Part shown: in pieces, positions 53,092 to 64,000 of the stretch
Numbering within the stretch: the stretch's first letter is position 1
Layout of the letters: each line of letters begins with the position of its first letter
Assembly (NCBI GenBank): GCA_965240335.1
Contig: CBDEKM010000008.1
Span: forward strand, 46,403 to 110,402
Reading direction: 5' to 3'
DNA from: a bacterium
GTDB lineage: Bacteria > JAAXHH01
DNA: 64,000 nucleotides
Notes under the pieces: model-generated
The model's input: the letters and a program-made list of their open reading frames with translations, nothing else
The model's database searches: none
Told to the model about the DNA's origin: nothing
Made by a program: the position numbers and the translations under genes

Positions 53092-54771
53092 AGACGACTG
53101 AACCGCCGACGACCGTGAGGTCGACCCTGGCATCCCGAATTTCCTCGGGAGGTATGGTGGTCAGATCCCGATCCAGGATCACGAAATCCGCGAGCTTGCC
53201 CGGTTCCAGCGATCCCTTTACATCCTCTTCAAAAGACGCGTACGCGGCGTCGAGCGTATAACCGCGGAGGGCTTCCTCCACGGTGATCTTCTGTTCCGGT
53301 ACCCACCCGTCCGGGTTCCTGTCGTCCAGTGTGCGGCGGGTCACCGCGGCGTAGATGCCTTCGAGGGGCGTCGCCGGTGCCACCGACCAGTCGCTGCCCA
53401 GGGCGAGCCGGGCGCCTGCGTCCAGCAGCGAGCGGAAGGCATAGGTCGTCTTGATCCGTTCGGGACCAATCACCCGTTCGGCCCAGCGGCCGTCGTCGAT
53501 GGCGTGGTATGGCTGCATGCTGGGGATGATGTCGAGGGCGGCGAACCGGGGTAGATCCGCCGGCGCGATGTGCTGGGCGTGTTCGATCCGGAAGCGGCGG
53601 TCACGGGGACCGTTCTCCTCGGTCACGCGCTCGAACAGGTCCAACTGCATGTTTATGGCCCGGTCCCCGATGGCGTGAACCATCACGTGCAGCCGGCCTT
53701 ATCGGCCCCGGAAGTCCATTGGTACAGGTCATCTTCCGTGGTGATGAGCAATCCCGTATCGTCCGGCGCGTCGGTGAAAGGCTCCATGAAGGCGGCCGTG
53801 TGTGAACCCAGCGATCCATCCACGAATCCCTTCAGTCCGCCCAGGCGAACCCACTCGTCCCCTTGACCGTCGGATGCGATTCTCTTTTCGAGGCTCTCCC
53901 AGTCATAGAGCGGGATGGCGGCATACAGGCGGGTTTTCATCCGGCCGGCTGCACGGGCCCGTTCGAAGACCGCCACGTCACCCCATGAACCCATGTTGTG
54001 AACCGACGCGACTCCTCGTTCAGTCAGGTATGCCATCGCGGCATCCAGGGCCCGGTCCTTCATCTCGTCAGAAGGATCCGGGATGACGCTGGAGACATAA
54101 TACATTGCGTTGTCTTTGAGTATGCCGGCAGGTTCTCCGTCGGTTCCACGGACGATGGTGCCGCCGTCAACCTCTTCGGTTTCCCTCGTCACGCCCGCCG
54201 CCTTCAACGCGGCCGTATTCGCCAGTGCCATGTGTCCGTCAAGACGATTGACCCAGACGGGATTGTCCGTAGTAACCGAATCGATCCAGTCCCGCCGGGG
54301 TAACTCGCCGCCCCACTGTTCGTGATCCCAGTCACCCTCGGTGATCCATGTCCCCGGCTCCGCCGCGCTCGCAAATTCGGCGATACGATCTATGAACTCC
54401 TGGGGAGTGGATGCGTCCCGCAACTGCACGGAAGAAAGACCGAATCCGCTCGACATCATATGTACGTGGGTATCGATAAACCCCGGCGTCACCAGCCGTC
54501 CCTCGCCTTCGATTATGTGCGTCTGATCGGAAATCAGCGCTTCGATATCGCCATTGGTGCCTACCGCCAGTATACGGTCTCCCGCGACGGCCACGGCCTC
54601 GGTCCAGGGACTGGAGGGCTGCCCGGTCCACACGCGGGCGTCCCGGACGACCAGCGAGGCTGTTTCCGATGAACCTGAACAACCCGCCATCACCGCGAGA
54701 ATGGACAGACCGAACATCGCTGCAATCAAGGATCTGAACATGCCCGTTTCCTTTTCTGGTTTCATGATCAT
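53081..54771 (-). CDS. Amidohydrolase (YtcJ-like) with lipoprotein signal, frameshift near 53690
   Basis: [47 protein letters not shown]. Confidence 0.85.
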
Positions 54772-54814
54772 TAACCGTTTTCTGCCAGTCGCTGCGTTTC
54801 GTTTGCCAGCCCGC

Positions 54815-55954
54815 TTACCAGTCCGCGACGCTGCCGTCTGTATCGTAGAAATGCTCGCCGCCCAGTTCTTCCTGGTACGGAACCCGGTTGTTCATTTCAG
54901 TTTCGTCGATCTCGATACCCAGTCCGGGTTTGTCGGGCAGCTCGACATGCCCGTCGACGACCTGCCAGCGCTCGGTCAATATCCCGGCGCCCAGCGCCTG
55001 GTCTACCTGTTCCTGCGCGAGAAAATTGGGAATCACGGCGTCCACGTGTATGCAGGATGTGAAGGCAACCGGACCGATGGCGCAATGGGGCAGGACGTGG
55101 ATGTAGTAGGCCTCCGCCATGTTGGCGATCTTCTTCAATTCCGTGATGCCGCCGGCGTGGGAACAATCCGGCTGGATGTAGGCCGCCGCCTGCTTCTCGA
55201 AGACCTGGCGGAATTCCCACCGGTTCAGCAACCGTTCACCCGTGGCAATGGGGAAGGTGACGTGGTCTGTCACGAGCTTCAGGGCGTCGATGTTCTCCTG
55301 CGGCACCGGCTCCTCCACGAACATGGGCCGCATGTCCTTGATCTCGTGGCAAATCTCGATGGCCAGGGCGGGGGTCATCTTCCCGTGAAAATCGAAGGCG
55401 AGTTCCACGTCCGGTCCCACCCACTCCCGCATGAGAAAAGCACATTCGACGAACTGGTCGATGACGGCCGGCGGCTCATGGCCCCGCCATTTTCCGCCGG
55501 GACCCGACTTGAAGGCCGTATAACCGCTTTTAAGGAGCATGTCGAGCCGTTCCCTGGCGGCGGCCAGGCTTTCATCGGAAAGTCCGCCGATGCCCCAGTG
55601 GCCGTAGACACGGATGCGGTCACGCACGGCGCCACCAAGAAGCTTGTAGACGGGAACGCCGTAGTGTTTCCCAGCGATATCCCAGAGCGCCTGGTCAACG
55701 CCGGATATGGCGGTCATGAGGATGGCGCCGCCTCGGAAGAAGGCCGACCGGTACATGTGCTGCCAGTGGTGCTCGATGCGCAGAGGATCCTTGCCGACCA
55801 GGTAGTCAGCGAGTTCCCGTACCGCGCTTTCCACGCTCTCGGGCTTTCCTTCGAGGGTAGTTTCACCCCAGCCCGATAGACCCGTGTCCGTGGTGATCTT
55901 GACGAGCCGGGTGCGATGGCGGGGAAAGAACTGTTCGACGGATGCGATTTTCAC
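54815..55954 (-). CDS. dgoD: Galactonate dehydratase-like (mandelate racemase superfamily)
   Basis: GWGE, FFRGG, DQALWDI.GK, DFHG, VEEP, ATGER, QPD.SHAGGITE. Confidence 0.8.
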   Translation of the reverse strand: MKIASVEQFFPRHRTRLVKITTDTGLSGWGETTLEGKPESVESAVRELADYLVGKDPLRIEHHWQHMYRSAFFRGGAILMTAISGVDQALWDIAGKHYGVPVYKLLGGAVRDRIRVYGHWGIGGLSDESLAAARERLDMLLKSGYTAFKSGPGGKWRGHEPPAVIDQFVECAFLMREWVGPDVELAFDFHGKMTPALAIEICHEIKDMRPMFVEEPVPQENIDALKLVTDHVTFPIATGERLLNRWEFRQVFEKQAAAYIQPDCSHAGGITELKKIANMAEAYYIHVLPHCAIGPVAFTSCIHVDAVIPNFLAQEQVDQALGAGILTERWQVVDGHVELPDKPGLGIEIDETEMNNRVPYQEELGGEHFYDTDGSVADW

Positions 55955-55966
55955 TGCTGCTCCGGA

Positions 55967-56668
55967 TCATCTGCCGAAGAGCCGATTCGTATCGAGGGTT
56001 TCGATGGCGTATCCGGCCGGGACGGCGAAGATGGATGGATCGACTTCCTGTCGTTTCACCTCGGTTACGATCAGGGTCATGGTCATGGGCATACCGGGGA
56101 ACGACGTGGTGATTTTGAGCGGGAAGCCGGTCAGGCCCTCGGTCCAGAAAGGCATGCTATCCTTCAAAACGCCGCCGAACGACGTGGCCAGGTCCAGTTG
56201 GATCGCGTCGGTGACCCACATGTGCTGAATCATCATACCCGACGGATTGTTGCGGGTAATCCTGTATTTCCTGCATTCGTAACCGGCTATGACGATCGTT
56301 TCGTTTTCGTCCACGATGACCGGCGGCGCCCGTTCTTTCAGGTTTGGATCCGCCGTGATCTCGTAGGCGGTGTCGTTTATGTGGCTGATGACGTATCCGC
56401 GGCCCGTCGACCCGTCGATCACGACCTCGCCCATCATCATCCCGATCATGCCGCCCCGCATGTGGACCTTCGTCTGGTTGCCCTTGATGTAGAGCCGGTA
56501 GGATTCCGGTACCATCATGGCCACCTGCGCCCTGTCCTTTAAATCACCGCCATTGAATTCCACGTTGAAACGAAGACTTCCCTCGAAGGCGTTTTCAACA
56601 GGAAGGGCCGGGGAGGATAGCGCCAGGACAGGGGCCAGAAGTGCTAGAATTACCGCGTATCTCGTCAT
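55967..56668 (-). CDS. Secreted DUF4412-like protein
   Basis: Signal peptide, FEG, E.I.IAGYECRKY, GFPLK, F.VPAGY. Confidence 0.7.
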   Translation of the reverse strand: MTRYAVILALLAPVLALSSPALPVENAFEGSLRFNVEFNGGDLKDRAQVAMMVPESYRLYIKGNQTKVHMRGGMIGMMMGEVVIDGSTGRGYVISHINDTAYEITADPNLKERAPPVIVDENETIVIAGYECRKYRITRNNPSGMMIQHMWVTDAIQLDLATSFGGVLKDSMPFWTEGLTGFPLKITTSFPGMPMTMTLIVTEVKRQEVDPSIFAVPAGYAIETLDTNRLFGR

Positions 56669-56797
56669 GGTCTATTGACCCCGGATGCTACCAGGTTTTG
56701 GCGGTGGGTTTGGATCCGCTGTTCGGGGAGGCGAGGTATCCTGGCCCTTCGCAGTTGGTGGTTTAGCGTGCGGACGCTGCGCGGCCCGAGTCTACCT

Positions 56798-57169
56798 TTA
56801 GTCTTCGGAAATGATAGCGAGTTCCCCGGCGTGACAGGTGTAACAGGTAACGGGTTGCAGGTCTGCCTTGTTCATGACGTTCGTGTTGATGGACGCCACC
56901 TGCTCGTTGATCTGTTCGACGAGTCTTATAAACTCGCGGCCGATCAGTTTCGTTTCCTTTTCGTCGCTGGAATAGTCTTTCAAATTGTGACAGTAGACAC
57001 ATTTCTCCCCGATCCCGCTGCTGACCGACTTCATGAAGTCACGGATTTCCCGGGTAGAAAGATCCGTCAGAACCTGGACGTTCTTGGGTGCGCGCTGGGC
57101 GTCTACGCTCGCGTCAACCAGGACCGTCAGCACGAAACATGCGGCAATAACCGGTAAGATCCGTTTCAT
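56798..57169 (-). CDS. Periplasmic diheme c-type cytochrome (PufC-like fold fragment)
   Basis: Signal peptide, KNVQVL, CVYCH and CYTCH. Confidence 0.8.
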   Translation of the reverse strand: MKRILPVIAACFVLTVLVDASVDAQRAPKNVQVLTDLSTREIRDFMKSVSSGIGEKCVYCHNLKDYSSDEKETKLIGREFIRLVEQINEQVASINTNVMNKADLQPVTCYTCHAGELAIISED

Positions 57170-57251
57170 CGCGACTCCTTTCGTCGTGGGCGTTACGGGG
57201 TTTCAAAACACGTCACCGGGTTCGATTATACCCAGGCAGTGCGGTTCGAAA

Positions 57252-57280
57252 AACTTAGGTACGCACCGATGTGGTGTCAA
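57252..57280 (-). promoter_or_regulatory. Candidate promoter for the cytochrome c gene
   Basis: Minus strand TTGACA-N17-TAAGTT. Confidence 0.5.
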
Positions 57281-57547
57281 GACCTTTCAGCGTTGGTTCG
57301 CCGCCCTTCGTTACCCATGGTTTCGGTTGGAATCCCGGCATGGAGAAGCGCTGTATGGACCCACGCCGTCCCTCCTGTATCAAGCCGGCCGGAGGCCTTA
57401 TTTGTATTGACAGTACCCTGCGTTATCCGTTTCAATAGCGGAGGACCGGTCCGGTTCCGAAACCGTCCGGTCGAGGTTTTCCCGGAATAGTCGAACCGGA
57501 CGGCCCGCCGAATCCCGGTTATAAAGAAATCCCACCTGGTATCCGCC

Positions 57548-59835
57548 GTGATAGATACGTTACTTCGAACGCTCGGTTTGATCGGAGTGTCCGAGCACCT
57601 GGCTTTCAAAACCCCGACCCCATTGTGGATCATCGCCCTTTTGGCCCTGGTTGTGGCAGGGCTCGTGATCCTGTTCTACCGCCGTATGCCCGTGGCAACC
57701 TCACCGGGGATGAAAGGCGTGTTTACCGCGCTGAAGATCCTGCCCCTCCTGCTGGTCGTATTCTGTCTCCTGGAACCCGTCATCGTTACATCCAGGGTCA
57801 CGCCCCGGCAAGGGTTCCTTCTGCTGATGTTCGACGACCTCCCGGAGCATGGGCATACAGGACGGCGGGCAGGGCATGTCCCGCGTGGAAGCGGTCAAGC
57901 GCCGGTTCGGCGAAGATGGACTGCTCGAGGACCTCGGCAGCCGGTTCAGGGTGAGAACCTACCGTTTCGCGGAGCGTACGGAACGGGTTGACGGTATCGC
58001 TAAACTGGACGCGTCGGGTAGCGCAACGGATATATTCTGGAGCCCTCAATCAGGCGGCCGGAGAGTTCAGGGATCTGCCCGTGGCAGGTGTCGTACTCGT
58101 TACGGACGGTGCGGACAATACGAGCACGGGAACAGACAATCTGGCGAACGCGACGGCATACCTCGAATCGCAGAACACGCCGGTCTATTCCGTGGGCGTA
58201 GGCGAGGAAACAGATTGCGCGGGATGTCGAGATACTCAAGGTGGCCGCGTCCGACAGGGTGACGGAGGGTACGATAACCGACCTTTTCGTAACCCTGAGA
58301 AGTTTCGGCTATGCCGGCCGATCGATCGACCTGAACATCAAGGAAGGCGGTCGCGTCGTTCAGACGGTACCGGTTCGCCTGGGCCGGGACGGGGACATGC
58401 AGCGCGTCCGTGTGTTTCTTTCGCCCGAATCACCGGGCATTCTCGAATACACGGCGGAAGTCGCCCCGCAAAACTCCGAGACGATCGCGGAGAACAATGC
58501 GCGGCCCTTCCTGCTGGATAACCGATCGAAGACGGGACGGGTGCTGTACGTGGAAGGATATCCTCGCAGGGAGTTCAAGTTCATCCGGCGGGCCCTGGAC
58601 GAAGACCCCCGTATCGACATGATCTCGATGGTCAGGATCGCCCCCGACGGGAGGATCTACCGGCAGGGCATCCGGGACCCGAAGCAGGAACTGTCAGAGG
58701 GATATCCACGGAGCAGGGCGGAACTGTTTGCATACGACGCCGTCGTGTTCGGCGATATAGAGGCGGCCTGGTTTACACCCGGGCAACTTCGGCTCACCGA
58801 GGAATTCGTGAGCGAACGCGGTGGTGGTTTCCTGATGTTAGGCGGACTGAACGCCTTCAGGGAGGGCGGTTACGCGGGAACGCCGATCGAAGACTTGCTC
58901 CCGGTTCAACTCACCGGTGACAACTGGGCCATGGGGATCGTCGACCATACCTTTCTCCTGGAACCGGCCGAGGAAGGCATCCATCATCCCCTGCTGCGTT
59001 TCGGGTCGACCCCGGAGGAAAACCGGGCAATCTGGGATAGCCTGCCGGAACTGATCGGATACAACCGGGTCGGCGGCGTCAAGCCCGGCGCCGCCGTGCT
59101 GGCGGTCGACCCCGGTGTAGACGTGCTCGAAGGGTCTAACGTGCTCCTGGCCGTACAGCGTTACGGAAGAGGTCGATCCATGGCCTTTACGGGTTTCAGC
59201 ACGTGGCGCTGGCAGATGCATCTGCCGTCGGAAGATCAGTCGCACGAACGATTCTGGCGGCAGATGATCCGCTGGATCGCCCTGTATGCCCCCGGACGGG
59301 TTGCCGTCGCCACGGACAAGACGAATTACGGTGGACACGAGTCGGTTATCATCGAAAGCCGTGTGTTCGACCGGGACTACGAACCGGTCGACGGCGCGAC
59401 CGTATGGGCCCATGTAACGGGACCTGCCGGCCAGCCGAGGGCTGTTCAACTCGAAAGAGCACTCGGGAACGAAGGTATGTACCGCGCAGAATACCGGCCT
59501 GAACTGGGCGGTGTGCACAAGGTCGAGGTGTCCGTCCGTTCCGAGGAGGAGGCGCCGTTGCGCGACCAGACCGGGTTTACCGTGGCCCCCTCGGCCACTG
59601 AATTTACGAATGCGGGACTTCACGCTGAAGACCTGGCCAGGCTTGCCGAATCCACGGGCGGCGCATACCTGCCTTTGTCAGAGGCGGGCCAGTTGACGGA
59701 AATGATCCGGCCCGTCGAGGATTCGGCCACGTCGACCCGCGAAAGAGACTTGCGTGACACGCCCTTCCTCTTCGCGGCCATTCTATTCTTCCTGGGTACC
59801 GAGTGGTTTCTGAGACGCCAGAAAGGACTGTCGTG

Positions 59836-59836
<1 letters not shown>
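57548..59836 (+). CDS. Membrane protein with vWA-like and glutamine-amidotransferase-like domains (several indels)
   Basis: D.S.SM-like MIDAS region, VTDG, RVLYVEG.PR.EFKF, FV.ERGGG.LMLGG, G.GRS, EW.LRR..GL; joins four ORFs. Confidence 0.7.
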
Positions 59837-62312
<2,476 letters not shown>

Positions 62313-62327
62313 CCGGAGCGTTGTACC

Positions 62328-62741
62328 ATGGCCAATTTGAAACCCACTCAAACCACGGACGGCGCCGGTTCCGATAACAGACGGCGCAGGCGAACCGGAA
62401 AGAGAAACCGGTTGAGGTGGATTGTCCTCGGTGTGATCGCCATCGTGTTCGGTTATCTCTTCATCGGCGGAAACTACGGCTGGCACAACATGTGGAAACT
62501 CAGAGAACAGAAGGACCAACTGCAGGCTGAGCTGAAGGAGCTGGAATCCCGGAAGCGCGAACTGACCGGCGAACTGGAACTGCTGGAGGGCGACTCCGAG
62601 TCAGATGAACGGACGCGCTTCGAGCTGGAAAGACTGGCCCGGGAGGAACACGGCATGGCCCGGGAAGACGAGTTGATATACAGGTTTCCCGCGGAAGAAG
62701 AGGATACGACCGAAGTCAAGGCATCGGACCTCGATCCGTGA
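62328..62741 (+). CDS. ftsB: Septum formation initiator FtsB/DivIC
   Basis: TM helix, coiled coil, LERLAREEHGM...E.IY; position after eno. Confidence 0.8.
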   Translation: MANLKPTQTTDGAGSDNRRRRRTGKRNRLRWIVLGVIAIVFGYLFIGGNYGWHNMWKLREQKDQLQAELKELESRKRELTGELELLEGDSESDERTRFELERLAREEHGMAREDELIYRFPAEEEDTTEVKASDLDP

Positions 62742-62774
62742 AGCAATAACCCCCCGGAACCACTGGGCCTGTCC

Positions 62775-63560
62775 ATGGCCATTCAATCCACGGAAGCCAT
62801 CGTCCTCAACCGAATCCCGCTGGGGGATACCAGTCTCCTGGTCACGGTGTATGCGCGCGTTTTCGGCAAGGTCAAACTCGTTGCCCGCGGAGCGCGTCGT
62901 CCAAAAAGCAAAATGGTATCCTCCCTGCAACCGTTCTGCGTGATCACCGTAACGTTCAACCGCCGTGAAAACCGCGAACTGCAAAACCTGTCGAGGGTCG
63001 AGGCTGGACCGTTCTTCAGATATATTGGAGAAGACCTTACAAAGGTGGGCTATGCCAGCGCCGTATGTGAACTGGTGAACAGGCTGGTCCTCGGCGAAGA
63101 GCCCGGCGAACAGCTCTTCGGACTGATCATCCGTACACTGAGTTCGATTGACCAGCTATCTGCCGAATCGTGCGAAGTGCTGTTCTGGCGGTTTCAACTC
63201 GAATTCGCCGACATATACGGCACGGGACCGGAGTTTTCAACCTGCGTGGGATGCGGAAAGAATCCGGAGGAGGCGTCGGTCCGTTTCAGTCCGGCCCTGG
63301 GCGGCATCCTGTGCCGGGACTGCCAGGTTCAGGACAGCGAGGCGATGCAACTGTCCCTGGGAACCACGCGGTTGCTATCCCGCGTGCGCGAGATGCCGCT
63401 GGAGCTTCTACCCAGGCTGAAACCCGTCAGGTCGTCCCGGCAGGAGATACAACGGGCCATCCGGGCCTTCTACCTGTACCAGATGGACGACGGACGGGAG
63501 TTGAAATCGCTGAAGTTCCTGGAGTCGATCGAGGGAGAGGGTAAGGAGAATCACCGATGA
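62775..63560 (+). CDS. recO: DNA repair protein RecO
   Basis: TEAIVL, GKV.LVARGARRPKS, CVGC...GGILCRDC zinc finger. Confidence 0.9.
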   Translation: MAIQSTEAIVLNRIPLGDTSLLVTVYARVFGKVKLVARGARRPKSKMVSSLQPFCVITVTFNRRENRELQNLSRVEAGPFFRYIGEDLTKVGYASAVCELVNRLVLGEEPGEQLFGLIIRTLSSIDQLSAESCEVLFWRFQLEFADIYGTGPEFSTCVGCGKNPEEASVRFSPALGGILCRDCQVQDSEAMQLSLGTTRLLSRVREMPLELLPRLKPVRSSRQEIQRAIRAFYLYQMDDGRELKSLKFLESIEGEGKENHR

Positions 63561-64000
63561 CGAACGATAGGGGCATGTACGACGTCGTGGCCTGGGGCGA
63601 GGGATTCCTGCGCCTTTCCCCGAAGGGACAGGAACGATTCGAGCAGGCCGGGGGGTTCGACATAGCCGTAGCCGGCGGCGCGCTGGAAACGGCGGTAGGG
63701 CTTGCCAGGCTTGGCCACCGGACGGCATGGCTGTCCGTGGTGGGAGACACGCCCCTGGGCATGAAGGTGGTCAACAAGGTTCGGGAGCACGGGGTGGACA
63801 CGGGATACGTGGAACGGGTACCCGACGGACGCACCGGGCTGTGTTACACCGAGGCGGGCAGCGCGCCCAGGTCGACCCGATCGTGGTACGACATGGGCGA
63901 TACCGCTTTTCGTACAACTTCTCCCGGCGGGATGGACTGGTCTTCAGCCAGCGAGACGGCCATCATTCACCTGGACCTCACGGGCCCCATGATCGATCCC
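63557..64000 (+). CDS. PfkB family sugar kinase (KdgK-like), truncated at window end
   Basis: ATGA overlap with recO; DVVAWGEGFLRLS, GGALETAVGLARLG, GDTPLG, HGVDT, RTGL. Confidence 0.8.
   Translation, partial: MTNDRGMYDVVAWGEGFLRLSPKGQERFEQAGGFDIAVAGGALETAVGLARLGHRTAWLSVVGDTPLGMKVVNKVREHGVDTGYVERVPDGRTGLCYTEAGSAPRSTRSWYDMGDTAFRTTSPGGMDWSSASETAIIHLDLTGPMIDP

Noticed and set aside
56798-57169. Photosynthesis gene (pufC)
   Set aside because: Only two CxxCH motifs in 123 aa and no puf/bch genes; such small homologs also occur in non-phototrophs.
57218-57233. tRNA (GGGTTCGATT T-loop-like)
   Set aside because: No acceptor stem, D arm or anticodon arm can be folded around it.

Overview
GC-rich bacterial chromosomal segment. 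The short RpoD-type sigma factor lacking region 1.1 and the gene content suggest an FCB-group/Gemmatimonadota-Latescibacterota-like organism, but this is low-confidence inference. Most of the window is housekeeping and metabolic: pterin genes (double PTPS, folE), glcDE, sigma70, two M23 peptidases, miaB, Mn-SOD, thiDN, ClpX-like ATPase, TMTC-like glycosyltransferase, hydrolases, yhaO/yhaN, dgoD, eno, ftsB and recO. Two AT-richer defence islands interrupt it. Island 1 (~24.4-30.0 kb) holds a translationally coupled ParB/Srx-like + PD-(D/E)XK-like + N4/N6 DNA methyltransferase cassette and a GIY-YIG nuclease with an unusual C-terminal domain. Island 2 (~40.4-51.3 kb) is a type IC R-M locus. Its hsdS is cut exactly between the two TRDs by a 2927-bp IS1595-family transporter element (25-bp TIRs, 8-bp TSD GAAAAAAG), which carries an MT-A70 methyltransferase, an SPPY-type methyltransferase and a convergent unknown ORF, each transcription unit with its own candidate promoter. 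An OLD-like ABC-ATPase/TOPRIM gene sits antisense in the slot between hsdS and hsdR. Other oddities: a SOD gene with both a Tat-lipoprotein leader and an internal strong start, an internally deleted ribokinase minigene, and a 30-aa-repeat secreted protein. Many genes, including enolase, have single-base indels mostly in homopolymers, so most frameshifts are probably sequencing/assembly errors. No rRNA, tRNA or CRISPR array was seen.
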